A stretch of DNA of 63,990 nt, the filler included, from Octopus bimaculoides (taxonomy: Eukaryota): the NCBI RefSeq assembly GCF_001194135.2. It is 6 parts of 4 records of this genome, joined end to end, with 100 filler letters (N's around TTAATTAATTAA, not from the genome) between each part and the next. Parts side by side here need not be neighbours in the genome. Positions count along the whole stretch, not along the records: positions 3,901 to 12,406 come from NC_068981.1; positions 12,507 to 28,239 come from NC_029723.1; 4 more parts are not named here. One strand, given 5' to 3'. The translations under genes and the position numbers were made by a program. Under the pieces are notes generated by a model. It ran no database searches, was not told the DNA's origin, and saw only the letters and a list, made by a program, of their open reading frames with translations. The stretch's first letter is position 1. Every line of letters starts with the position of its first letter. Positions 11,247 through 24,630 of the stretch are shown in pieces.

Positions 11247-11990
11247 CATTTTTCTGGAGAACATTATTTTTCTACTTAGCGCAGCAGGTACAGATACACA
11301 TGCTGATTGCCCACTCTTATTACGACGTCTGTTTGGTCTTGTTACCACCGAAAAACCTACGTCATCTAAAAAGACAAAGTTCTTGCCATTATCCGCTTCA
11401 AAATTCCGATAAGCAGTGGCATATGCCTTCCTGAGTTCAACTGTGTTTTGACAATTTCTTCGCTCAGGAACCAGCGTGACCCTTTTTAAAGTATAAATGA
11501 AACTGACGAACGTTTCTATCAATAGTACTTATTGATACTTGAATGCCGAACATCTCCAAGGTCCAATTAGATTAGGTTTTTTTTAGAGTGCTAGTACAAT
11601 TTTGGTCTATATTGGCGAGCAAATGCTCTTTAACCTCTGAACTATGTTTAGAACGCTTATCGCCTCCGTATTTCAAAGGGAATATAGCACCAATTTTCAG
11701 GTATCCTTTTACAATACTGTTAACAGTTCGGTACTCTCTTCTATACATAGAAGCTATATTGGAAACTGAATAGCCTCCCAGTGTTTTTGTCACAATCCTC
11801 TCTCTATCATCATTGGAAACTGGTGTTCTCTTCCGATTCTGGGTTCGTACCTCTGTTAGAGATATTGGATTTTCATTCGCATCGGCAGGATCATCAGCAT
11901 TGATAGCAGCAGGGTCATCGGTATTCATAGCATTAGAATCACTCCCATTTTTTAAAGCTTGTTCATTTTCTCCGTTTTGTTTAATTTCAT
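11247..11990 (-). mobile_element. IS630/Tc1-superfamily transposase remnant (HTH plus first catalytic D)
   Basis: ORFs 11572-11928 (SNDDRERIV..GYSVSNIASMY..RTVNSIVKGYLKIG..GGDKRSK) and 11226-11522 (YTLKRVTLVPERRN..FVFLDDVGF..RPNRRRNKSG) resemble IS630-like HTH and FxDExGF motifs; frameshifted and truncated. Confidence 0.75.
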
Positions 11991-12159
11991 AGACTAATAG
12001 ACAAAAAAAAAAATTTAAATTAGTTTAGTTTTGATATAAGCCTAGAATGTTTTGATCGAATATATTTCGAACTTTTTTCAAATTTAGAATTTTATTCAAC
12101 AGTAACTAGCTTGTGTTATAAATTGTACAGAAGTGTATATTTAAAATATTTCTAAATAT

Positions 12160-12255
12160 TATTATTAAATTTCATGCAAGAATTATTAAATTGCTTGCAA
12201 AGATTATTAAATTGCATGCAAAGATTATTCAGACGGCTCCAAAGATTATTAAGTA
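12160..12255. repeat. Four degenerate ~21-bp tandem repeats (aaagattattaaattgcatgc)
   Basis: Visible tandem units upstream of the transposase, probably subterminal repeats. Confidence 0.7.
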
Positions 12256-12345
12256 GGTAGAAAAATAAGTACTGGGATTGATTCATTCGACTAAAATTCA
12301 TCAAGGCGGTGCTCCAATATGACCGAAGTCTAATGTGTGAAACAA

Positions 12346-12390
<45 letters not shown>

Positions 12391-12406
12391 AGTAAAAATA
12401 AATACA

Positions 12407-12506
12407 NNNNNNNNNNNNNNNNNNNNNNNNNNNNNNNNNNNNNNNNNNNNTTAATTAATTAANNNNNNNNNNNNNNNNNNNNNNNNNNNNNNNNNNNNNN
12501 NNNNNN
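12407..12506. other. Artificial scaffold-concatenation linker
   Basis: 44 N + TTAATTAATTAA + 44 N. Confidence 0.98.
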
Positions 12507-13286
12507 ATGACTCGAAATCCCTTCCATTTAGTTGAATTTAGACCCTGACCATTAACAGGATCTATAAGAGCTTTATTTTTAACAACAGGACTCTCTTCAT
12601 GATTTCACAACTACGAAAATTCTCTTATCTTTTTTGGATTATTACTTATAATTTTAACAATAATTCAATGATGACGAGATATTATTCGAGAAAGAACATT
12701 TCAAGGTTTTCATACATCTAAAGTATATAATGGATTACGATGAGGTATAATACTTTTCATTATTTCAGAAGTATGTTTTTTCTTTGCTTTTTTTTGAGCA
12801 TATTTTCATAGAAGTTTAGCTCCAAATATAGATATTGGATCTTGTTGACCACCTATTTATATTTTCCCATTAAATCCATTCCAAATCCCTCTACTCAATA
12901 CAGCAATTCTATTAGCTTCAGGTGTATCCGTTACCTGAGCTCATCATTCACTAATAAATAATAATCTAAAATCCGCAACTCACTCCATAATCATTACCAT
13001 CTCCTTAGGATTTTACTTTACAATTCTACAAATATTAGAATATATAGAAGCATCATTTTCTATTTCAGATAGAATTTATGGTTCAACCTTTTTTGTAGCA
13101 ACTGGGTTTCATGGACTTCATGTAATTATTGGATCAACTTTCCTTTTCATATGTTTATTACGAATTTTAATAAATCATTTTTCCTCTTCACATCATTTTG
13201 GATTTGAAGCTGCAGCCTGATATTGACATTTTGTAGATGTTGTATGATTATTTCTATATACTTTTGTATACTGATGAGGATCATAA
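12507..13286 (+). CDS. cox3: Mitochondrial cytochrome c oxidase subunit III
   Basis: ATG..TAA, 780 bp, open in genetic code 5; [15 protein letters not shown] and [22 protein letters not shown] motifs. Confidence 0.98.
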
Positions 13287-13304
13287 TAAAAATTAATTTT
13301 ATTT

Positions 13305-13373
13305 TATTAAGTGGCTGAAATCAAATAAGCACTAGACTTTTAATCTAGACATGATTATTAAAATCCTTAATGG
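13305..13373 (+). tRNA. trnK: mt tRNA-Lys (TTT)
   Basis: Anticodon arm ctaga-cttttaa-tctag; position after cox3. Confidence 0.9.
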
Positions 13374-13440
13374 TATTATATTTTATATAAGAAAATTTAA
13401 CTTGCAATTAAAAAGAAATAATCTAAATTATTTAATACCA
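13372..13440 (+). tRNA. trnA: mt tRNA-Ala (TGC)
   Basis: Acceptor ggtatta/taatacc; anticodon loop cttgcaa. Confidence 0.9.
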
Positions 13441-13505
13441 ATCCAAGAAATGAATTTTCATATATGGTTTCGACCCATATCTAGGTATTTTATTACCCTT
13501 GTTTC
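13441..13505 (+). tRNA. trnR: mt tRNA-Arg (TCG)
   Basis: Anticodon arm atgg-tttcgac-ccat. Confidence 0.88.
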
Positions 13506-13569
13506 AGTGAAAAGCCAAATAGAGGCATTTAACTGTTAATTAAAAAATTGAAAAACTTTTCTTCACTGG
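13505..13569 (+). tRNA. trnN: mt tRNA-Asn (GTT)
   Basis: Acceptor cagtgaa/ttcactg; loop ctgttaa. Confidence 0.9.
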
Positions 13570-13635
13570 AGTATAGCGCCGGAATGAACGGATTATATTG
13601 ATGTTATAAATTATAAGAATTTATCTTCTATACTT
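13570..13635 (+). tRNA. trnI: mt tRNA-Ile (GAT)
   Basis: Acceptor agtatag/ctatact; loop ttgatgt. Confidence 0.9.
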
Positions 13636-13986
13636 ATGTATTCACTCTTTTTTTTTTCTCTTTTCCTTATTTTACTTAATATAATTCTATTAATTATTAG
13701 CTCCTTAATTATATTTAAAGCCTACAAAAACCGTGAAAAAAATTCTCCTTTTGAATGTGGATTTGATCCTTCATGATATACTCGCTCTCCTTTCTCTATA
13801 CGATTTTTTTTATTAGCAGTCATTTTTCTAATCTTTGATGTAGAAATTATTCTATTAATACCAATAATTATTAATTTATTATTTTCTCCATCAATTATTT
13901 ACTTATCATCTACGATAATTTTTCTTATTATTTTAATTATTGGTTTACTACATGAATGAAACCAAGGATCATTAGATTGAATATAA
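13636..13986 (+). CDS. nad3: Mitochondrial NADH dehydrogenase subunit 3
   Basis: ATG..TAA, 351 bp; REKNSPFECGFDP and FLIFDVEI motifs. Confidence 0.97.
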
Positions 13987-14051
13987 GAGTAATAATGTTA
14001 TATAATAAAGCTGCTAACTTTATTATGAGCAATTCATAATTGTACTACTCT
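13987..14051 (+). tRNA. trnS1: mt tRNA-Ser(AGN) (GCT), D-armless
   Basis: Anticodon arm aataaag-ctgctaa-ctttatt. Confidence 0.88.
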
Positions 14052-14053
14052 TT

Positions 14054-15062
14054 ATGAACAATAAATTTTTTCCTGCTAATTTTATATTCATAATTATACT
14101 AATTATAGGTACAATTATATCATTATCATCCTCTCATTGATTAATAATATGGATAGGATTAGAATTAAATCTAATAGGAATTTTACCATTAATAAATATT
14201 AAATCTAAAAATTTTGAAATTGAAAGATCAATAAAATATTTTATTATTCAATCAATAAGATCATCTTTATTTATTAGAAGATCAATCTTTATATATATAT
14301 CATCAATTTCTATATTTTCAATATTTAATAACTCAATATTTTCATCTATTATAATTATTTCATTGTTAACTAAATTAGGAAGAGCTCCATTTCACTTTTG
14401 ACTACCATCCATATGTAAACAAATAAGATGAATAATACTATTCTTAATTTTAACTTGACAAAAATTAGCACCACTATTTATACTATCTTTTATTAATTCC
14501 AATTATATTATTATAATTTCATCAGCTTTTATTAGCTCAATTCTAGGTAGAATTCAAGCTATTAATCAATCTAGCTTACAATTAATTATAGTTTATTCAT
14601 CTATTTCTCATTTAGGATGAATATTACCAATCTGTTTTACTAATAACTCCCTTATATTTATATATTTATTAATTTATAGAATCATCATTCTCCCCATATT
14701 TATTAATTTTTCCATAAAATCAACTTTATTTACATATTCTTTAACAGAACAAAACATACTTATAAATAAAGAAAATATTTTTATTATAATATTAATTATA
14801 TCACTAGCAGGTATTCCCCCAACATTAGGATTTCTATCAAAATTAATAATTCTAAATTCACTTTTAAATATAGATATAATTCTGTTATCATTAATATTAT
14901 TTATTGGAACTCTCATTAGATTATACTTCTACTTAAACTTAATTATACTAATAATAATCAAATCATTTCATACATTTAAAATAAATAAAATAGTTATAAA
15001 TATAAAATCAATTATATGTTTTAATTTATTGGGAACTATCATTTTCATTCCTATATTCTTAT
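14054..15062 (+). CDS. nad2: Mitochondrial NADH dehydrogenase subunit 2 (incomplete stop T)
   Basis: ATG start; WMGLELN and KLGSAPFHFWLP motifs; 336 codons plus T abutting the cox1 ATG. Confidence 0.93.
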
Positions 15063-16595
<1,533 letters not shown>

Positions 16596-16606
16596 TTTTA
16601 AATATT

Positions 16607-17293
16607 ATGACCCAATGAGGACAACTAGGATTTCAAGACGCAAATTCACCACTTATAGAACAACTTATTTTTTTTCATGATCACTCAATATTTATTCTTA
16701 CCATCATTTTAACTTTAGTTATATATATTACAATTTTATTAATAACAAACAAATTTTCTTCATTAATAATTACAGAAAGACAAAAAATCGAAACAATTTG
16801 AACAATCGTCCCTAGAATTATTTTATTATTTTTAGCGCTCCCCTCTCTCAAATTATTATATTTATTAGATGAATCTATCAACCCACTACTTACAATCAAA
16901 GCACTAGGTCACCAATGATACTGAAGCTATGAATATTCAGATTTTATAAGTATTGAATTTGACTCTTATATAATTCCTTTAAATGAATTAAATGAAGGTT
17001 CATTTCGTTTACTAGAAACAGATCACCATCTAATTATTCCAATAAAAACAAATACTCGTATAATCATCTCATCAGCTGATGTAATTCACTCCTGAACAGT
17101 TCCCTCTCTGGGAATTAAAGTAGATGCTATTCCAGGTCGACTCAATCAATTAAATTTATATTCTAATCGTCCTGGATTATACTATGGTCAATGTTCTGAA
17201 ATTTGTGGAGCAAATCACTCATTCATACCTATCACATTAGAAATTGTAAATATAAATACTTTTAATAACTGATTATTAAGTATAAATACATAA
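16607..17293 (+). CDS. cox2: Mitochondrial cytochrome c oxidase subunit II
   Basis: ATG..TAA, 687 bp; DVIHSW and [15 protein letters not shown] CuA motifs. Confidence 0.98.
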
Positions 17294-17357
17294 AAAGTTA
17301 GTTAATTATAACATAAATTTGTCAAATTTAAATTACTATTTTATATAGTACTTTTTA
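17292..17357 (+). tRNA. trnD: mt tRNA-Asp (GTC)
   Basis: Anticodon arm taaat-ttgtcaa-attta. Confidence 0.9.
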
Positions 17358-17358
17358 T

Positions 17359-17514
17359 ATGCCTCAACTTTCTCCCCTAAATTGAATTATATTATTCTTA
17401 CTATTTTGATTTCTTCTATTACTTAATTCATCTATTATATGATGAAATAACAAAAACAAATATAACTTAATAAATCAAAAAATAAAAACAAAAAAAAGAA
17501 AATATAACTGATAA
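17359..17514 (+). CDS. atp8: Mitochondrial ATP synthase subunit 8
   Basis: MPQLSPLNW start, TAA stop, 156 bp. Confidence 0.95.
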
Positions 17515-17515
17515 A

Positions 17516-18206
17516 ATGATAGTAGATATTTTTTCTTCATTTGATGATCATAATTCAACAACCTTATACTTACATTCTTTAACATGAATTTTATCCTTAT
17601 GATCTCTATTTTTTATTAATTCTTCCTTTTGAATTTTTCCTTCATTTTTCAATTCTTCTTTTATAATTCCAAAACAAATTATTAATATTCAAATTATTCG
17701 ATCTTTTAGAAATAATTTAGGAGGATTTTCACTAATCATCTCATCATTATTTTTAATAATTATTAATTTTAATCTTTTAGGATTAATCCCTTATGTTTTT
17801 AGTACTACTAGACACCTAGCTATATCCTTTTCCCTTTCATTCCCTTTATGATTTAGATTAATTTTATCCTCATATCATAATAATAGATATTCATCTCTCG
17901 CATCATTAATACCTTCAGGTACTCCTTCATTTTTAATTCCTTTTTTACCTTTAATTGAAATTATAAGAATTAGAGTTCAACCATTAACTTTAGCAATCCG
18001 AATTGCAGCTAACATTAGAGCTGGACATATTATTTTAACTTTAATTGGTGACTTTTTATCATTTTCCTTAATTAATATATCCATTTTATCAACATCAATC
18101 GTTTTATTAGTACAAATTGGTTACTTCATTTTCGAAATTGGTATTGCTATTATTCAAGGTTATATTTTCTCCTTATTAATTACTTTATATTCTGATAATC
18201 ATCAAT
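17516..18206 (+). CDS. atp6: Mitochondrial ATP synthase subunit 6 (3' end ambiguous)
   Basis: MMVDIFSSFDDHN start; PLTLAIRIAANISAGH and EIGIAIIQGYIF motifs. After ..YSDNHQ the next codon is TTG, so the end is inferred as an incomplete T. Confidence 0.9.
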
Positions 18207-18233
18207 TGATAAAACACAACTTTTATGTATACT

Positions 18234-18301
18234 CACTTAAAAATATTTATCATTACCTTAACACCTTCAATGTTATGCTCTTTTATTTAAGCTATTTAAG
18301 T
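18234..18301 (-). tRNA. trnF: mt tRNA-Phe (GAA)
   Basis: Minus-strand anticodon arm taaca-ttgaagg-tgtta. Confidence 0.9.
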
Positions 18302-19994
18302 ATATAACAAAAATAATACAAATAATAATAATAATATTAATATTGAATAAAACAATCATTCATCACTCCATTATATATATAATTTTTTTAATTAAAATAA
18401 GTATACCTTGACCCCCTATTAACTCTAATCATCCTATATCAACCAATTTTAAATTTATATTTCTAATATTTTTTACTATTAGTAAAAAAGGATATCCTCT
18501 CAAAGAAGATATAAATCACATCTTACTATTACATCAATATATTAATCCATATTTAATTTTGGATACACTTCCATTTCACACTCTAAAAGATAATAATATA
18601 CTAGTTAACAATAATAATATAACTAATATTTTATATAATAAAGGTAAAATAATTACTTCATTAAAACAAAAAACAACATTTTGTAATATAAATCCCCCAA
18701 ACAATGCACCAATACATAAAATCATTATTGATATAATTATATACAAATCATTATCTTTATTATTTTCATAAATTAACCTTTTTACATCTCCTCACACTAC
18801 ATAAATAGATATACGTATAGAATATAATATAGTTAAACAAACCCCAAATATTCCTAATAAACCAACTAGCATATTTATATCCCTACTCAATAAAACCTCA
18901 ATAATTAGATCTTTTGAATAAAATCCAGCCAAAAAAGGAAATCCACACAATGCTATATTTGAAATATTAAGGACAATTCTAGTGAAAGGTAACCTATATT
19001 TTACTCCCTTAATATCACGAATATCCTGTATTCCCCTATAACAATGAATAATATTACCACCACACAAAAATAATAAAGCTTTAAATATAGCATGTGTATA
19101 TAAATGAAATAAAGCCAATATAGGTATTTTTATACCTAAAGATATTATTATAACCCCTAATTGTCTTAAAGTAGACAAAGCAATAATCTTTTTTATATCA
19201 TATTCATAAATAGCACAAACCCCTGATATAAAAGTAGTTATAACTGAAATAAATACTATAAAATAACAAAAAAAACTCACCTCAATTAAATAATTATAAA
19301 ATCGAATTAATAAATATACTCCAGCTGTAACCAAAGTTGATGAATGAACTAAAGCTGAAACAGGAGTAGGTGCAGCCATTGCAGCAGGCAATCATCTTCT
19401 AAATGGAATCTGAGCTCTCTTAGTTATTCCCGCAATAACTACAAAAATTATACAAACATCAAACAACCAAAATTGTCAAATACATAAATAATTTCAATGC
19501 CCCAATAAAGATATAATTCTAATTCCAGCTAAAATAAAACAATCTCCAACCCGATTTATTAGCACTGTTAATATACCTGCACTTAATGATTTACTATTTT
19601 GATAATAAATTACCAAACAAAATGATACTAAACCTAACCCATCTCACCCTAAAATTAATCTAACAAATCTAGGAATAAAAATCAAAAAATTTATAGATAA
19701 AACAAATAACATTAATACTATTATAAATCGATTAATATTAATATCTCCTTTTATATATCTAACACTAAAAATACATACTGACCCAGAAATTAAACAAACT
19801 AATCTTCTAAATCTACAACTTACTCAATCAAACAAAATATCCAACTCAATAAATAACCTTATAACATTAAAAATTTCTCACGAAATAACATAACTACAAT
19901 TATTTAAAACTAAATACATAAATACAATAATCAAAAAAAAAGAAACTGACATTAAAATAATACTAAAAAAAATTTCTAACTTTAATTTACCCAT
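18302..19994 (-). CDS. nad5: Mitochondrial NADH dehydrogenase subunit 5 (incomplete stop)
   Basis: ATG at 19994; WLPAAMAAPTPVSALVHSSTLVTAGVY motif; frame consistent down to trnF. Confidence 0.96.
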
Positions 19995-20059
19995 AGTAAA
20001 ATAAATTAACTTTTTCTCTAAGCCCACAACCTAGTATTTTTTATAAACTAATTTTACTT
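19995..20059 (-). tRNA. trnH: mt tRNA-His (GTG)
   Basis: Minus-strand loop ttgtggg; acceptor agtaaaa/ttttact. Confidence 0.88.
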
Positions 20060-20063
20060 AAAT

Positions 20064-21410
20064 TTAAATTACAATTCTTCTAACATACCCGATATTTAAA
20101 ATAAATATTAACAAAGGAATAATATGTAAAAGTAATAATAAATTTTCATTTCTTTTATTAATATTTAAAACTTTTATAAACCTTATCATCTGCCCATGAT
20201 CAATACTAACATAAAAAATCAAATTATATAAACCCCCTAAAAACACCATTATTAAAACAAAAAATAATAAATAAATACTATATATATATATAGAAATATA
20301 TAATATAATTTCCCTAACCAAATTAATAAATGGAGGGGCTCCTATATTACAAATACACAACAAAAATAATAATAATCTTATTATAGGATTATAATTAATT
20401 ATACCTCCACATAAAAATAAACTTCGACTATTAATTTTTTCATAAATTAAATTACCTAAACAAAATAAACCTGAAGAACACAATCCATGACAAATCATTA
20501 TTAAAATAGCCCCCTCTCAACCAACAATAAACCCTCTAATTATTCCTGCTAACATAACCCCCATATGACCAATTGAAGAATAAGCAATTAATCTTTTTAT
20601 ATCCCTTTGACCAACACAGATTATAGAAGTTAATAAACCCCCTCATAAACATACAACAAGCAATATAATTATATAAACCCTCCCCAAAATTTTAAATAAT
20701 CCTACAAAACGTATAATTCCATATCCTCCTAATTTTAATAACACCCTAGCTAAAATTATAGATCCCGAAATAGGTGCTTCCACATGAGCTTTAGGCAACC
20801 ACAAATGAAAAAAATAAATAGGCAATTTTACTAAAAAAGCTAATAATAAACCCACAATCCAATATAAACTAATATCACCAACAAATAGTAATCTAATTAA
20901 TCTTATTCTATAAGACCCCTCTCGATATCCCAATAATAATAAACATAATAATAAAGGTAATGAAGCTCTAACTGTATATAATATTATATATATTCCAGCC
21001 TGCAAACGTTCAGGTTGATACCCCCAACTCAAAATTAATAATAAAGTAGGTACTAATGAAATTTCAAAAAATAAATAAAATACAATTAAATTCTCCACCA
21101 AAAAAAATATAACTACTACAAAACATAATAATAATACACATAAAGAAAAAAAACCAACTTTATTATTTACTCTCTTTACAGACTTATAACTAGATAATAA
21201 TATCAATCTACTTGTCCAAAACCTTAACAAAATCAAAACCCTTGATCTTTTATCAAAAAAAAAATAAAATTCACAAACCCCTCTATAACCAACATTTAAA
21301 TATTTTAACCTTATAAAACTAAAACCTATTATAAATCATAAACGCAACTCCCACTTTAACCAAAAATTTATAAATAATAATATTATAATTCTCATTAATA
21401 TACCTACAAT
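20064..21410 (-). CDS. nad4: Mitochondrial NADH dehydrogenase subunit 4
   Basis: Probable ATT start with a 7-bp overlap of nad4L; [10 protein letters not shown] and [12 protein letters not shown] motifs; TAA at 20064-20066. Confidence 0.95.
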
Positions 21411-21700
21411 TTATAAACCCTTAATCTTAAAACGTAATCATTTCCATGTAATCGAATAAAACTAACTAATAATGATAACCCTAAAGTAGCTTCACAAACA
21501 CCAAAAACAATTATAACAACAACTAAATAAAAATTTAAACTAACTATACCTACAGAAAAAAAAAATATAGAAAAAACTCTTAATGTCAATACTTCAAAAC
21601 CCAATAAAATATTTAAAATATGCTTTCATTGAAATATTAATACAAATAATCCACATATATACATATATATTCCTATCAATAAACAATTATTTATAATCAT
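21404..21700 (-). CDS. nad4L: Mitochondrial NADH dehydrogenase subunit 4L
   Basis: ATG..TAG, 297 bp; VCEATLGLSLLV..HGNDY motif. Confidence 0.96.
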
Positions 21701-21705
21701 ATAAA

Positions 21706-21770
21706 GTTATAATAGTTTAACTAAAACATTGGTTTTGTAAACCAAAATTAAATAATATATTTTTATAACT
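21706..21770 (+). tRNA. trnT: mt tRNA-Thr (TGT)
   Basis: Anticodon arm ttggt-tttgtaa-accaa. Confidence 0.9.
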
Positions 21771-21775
21771 ATATT

Positions 21776-21841
21776 AAGGTTACAAGTGAATCGAACACTT
21801 ATAATAGGTTTTCAAAACCCATAATCATCCAATATAACCTA
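21776..21841 (-). tRNA. trnS2: mt tRNA-Ser(UCN) (TGA)
   Basis: Minus-strand arm gggt-tttgaaa-acct; T-arm aagtgttcgattcactt. Confidence 0.88.
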
Positions 21842-22978
21842 ATAATCTAATATATATATTCATACTATATCTAAAATAGGTCGAATTAAAAAACAAACAA
21901 AATATATAACCCTAAAAATTCGACCAATCATTTCATATGGATATTCTACAGGACAACTTCCAATCCAAGTTAAAATAAAAAATACACCTACTAAAAATCA
22001 AAAACAAAACTGCCCTAAAAAATTATAACATAACCCTATACACCCTCTAACATGTAAAAAAGGACAAATAAATAATACAATAATAGATATACCTAAACTA
22101 ACCACACCTCCCAATTTATTAGGAATTGAACGTAAAATAGCATAAGCAAACAAAAAATATCATTCAGGCTTAATATGAATAGGAGTAACTAAAGGATTAG
22201 CAGGAATAAAATTTTCAGCATCACCCAATATATTTGGAAACAACAATCTTAATTCAATTAAAGCAAATAATATTACAAGAAACCCTAAAATATCTTTATA
22301 GCTATGATAATGATGAAAAGGAATTTTATCTAAATCCCTATTTAATCCTAATGGATTACTTGAACCTTTCTCATGCAAAAACAAAAAATGTAAAATAACC
22401 AACCCCACAATGATAAACGGAAATAAAAAATGAAAACAAAAAAACCGACTTAAAGTAGCATTATCAACAGAAAATCCCCCTCAAATTCAATATACTAAAA
22501 TTTCCCCCACATATGGAACAACAGAAACCAAATTAGTAATTACCGTAGCCCCTCAAAATGATATTTGACCTCAAGGTAATACATAACCCACAAAACCAGT
22601 TAATATTACCAAAATATATAACAACACCCCAACATTCCAAGTATAAACATTTATATATAATCCATAATATAACCCACGACCAATATGTATATATAAACAA
22701 ATAAAAAAAAAAGAAGCACCATTAGCATGTACATATCGTAATACTCAACCATAATTAACATCTCGTATAATATGAATTACAGAATCAAATGAATATTCAA
22801 TACAGGATGTATAATGTATAGCAAGAAAAATACCTCTCATTAACTGAATTATTAAACACAATCCTAACAAAGAACCAAAATTTCATCAAATAAATAAATT
22901 TACAGGTGATGGTAAATCAATTAATGCCCCATTTACAATTTGTAACACAGGATGAGTTTTCCGCAATGAACTAAGCAT
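21839..22978 (-). CDS. cob: Mitochondrial cytochrome b
   Basis: ATG..TAG, 1140 bp; LRKTHP, WWNFGSLLG and [13 protein letters not shown] motifs. Confidence 0.98.
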
Positions 22979-23483
22979 ATTTATATTTAAATACACGTAA
23001 TGGACCCTCACAATAATAACAAATTTTAACAACTCTTACTAAAATTAATAACAATAAAATTCCTAAAAATACATAACAACAAAAATTAAATCCTCTTATT
23101 AACAACCTAGATATACCCAACCTTAAAATCTTAATCTCTATTATCTTCATAACCATCACATTTATATCTAAATATCAATATATAGAAATTATATTTATAA
23201 AAAAAAATCTTACAATACCAATCAATATATATATAATTAAACCTTTAGAAAAAAAAATTAAATTAGGAATAAGACTAATAATATATATAAATATCACTAA
23301 TAAACCACCTACATAAACCAAAAATAACATATACCCATATCAAGAATAAACAAAAAAAGAAATTAAAACTCTTATAAAAATCCTAATTAATATAATCAAA
23401 AACCCCAACCTCAAAGGTTGAATTAAAACAATTAATATACTAATAATAGAAAAACCTAAAGCAAATATTAATATTAACACCAT
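22971..23483 (-). CDS. nad6: Mitochondrial NADH dehydrogenase subunit 6
   Basis: ATG..TAG, 513 bp; YVGGLLV and EGPLR motifs; 8-bp overlap with cob. Confidence 0.94.
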
Positions 23484-23552
23484 ATCAAAAAATAAAATAT
23501 AATTTTAATCTATAACTTCCAATGTTATTATTTTAATTAAACTATCTTTTGA
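23484..23552 (-). tRNA. trnP: mt tRNA-Pro (TGG)
   Basis: Minus-strand arm taaca-ttggaag-ttata; position between nad1 and nad6. Confidence 0.85.
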
Positions 23553-23555
23553 AAA

Positions 23556-24497
23556 CTAAAAATAAAATATTATTTTTCTAAAAAACCCAACAAACATCAA
23601 AATTATTAATACACATGGTAAATAACTTTTCCAAATTAAATATATTAATAAATCGTATCGATATCGTGGATAACTTGCTCGAACTCAAATAAATAAAAAT
23701 CTTAATAACCTTATAACCAATGATATAGAAAACCCCATAGAAATTCCTAAAAATCCTCCCCCAAAAAATATAACTCCACACAAAAACCTTATAAACAAAA
23801 TATTTCCATATTCAGCTATAAATATTAAAGCAAACCCTACCGCCCCATACTCCACATTAAATCCAGAAACTAACTCTGATTCACCCTCAGCAAAATCAAA
23901 CGGAGCACGATGAGTCTCCGCAATTATTGATACTACCCACATTATAAATATAAAAAAATTAACAAAAAAAATTCAACAAATATATTGATATTTCAATAAA
24001 CTTACTAAATTAATCCTTCCTACTAATAATAAACAACTTATTAAAATCAAAGACATTCTTACCTCATAAGAAATTCTTTGAGCAACCGCACGAACAGATC
24101 CTAATAAAGCATACTTAGAATTAGAAAATCACCCAGCCCCCATTACAGTATATACACCAATTCTAGAAATACACAAAAATATTATTATTCTCATTCCACC
24201 TATAGTTACAAAAAAATATCTATTATATAATATTCACAAAAATAAAGCAAAAAATAAACTCAAAAATGGACAAATTAAAAAAGGAAAATAATTAACTATA
24301 GTAGGTTTAATATATTCTTTACTAAATAATTTAATTGCATCTGATAAAGGTTGAGGTAATCCTATTAAACCCACTTTATTAGGCCCTTTACGTATCTGAA
24401 AATATCTTAACCCTTTTCGCTCCAACAATGTAAAAAAAGCAACCGCCAATAATGCAGAAATACATGACACTATATAAGAAACCAAATCAACAAACAT
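23556..24497 (-). CDS. nad1: Mitochondrial NADH dehydrogenase subunit 1
   Basis: ATG..TAG, 942 bp; [18 protein letters not shown] and [25 protein letters not shown] motifs. Confidence 0.97.
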
Positions 24498-24566
24498 TAT
24501 TAAGAGAAAAAATAAACTTTTCATAAAAGGATCTTAAATCCTTCACACTAATCTGCCACCTTAATA
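24498..24566 (-). tRNA. trnL2: mt tRNA-Leu(UUR) (TAA)
   Basis: Minus-strand arm gga-tttaaga-tcc. Confidence 0.9.
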
Positions 24567-24630
24567 TAAAGTAAAAGCTATACTTTTATAAAATAATTCT
24601 AAATTATTCACATATCTCTGCCAACTTTAT
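24567..24630 (-). tRNA. trnL1: mt tRNA-Leu(CUN) (TAG)
   Basis: Minus-strand arm aataa-tttagaa-ttatt. Confidence 0.9.
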
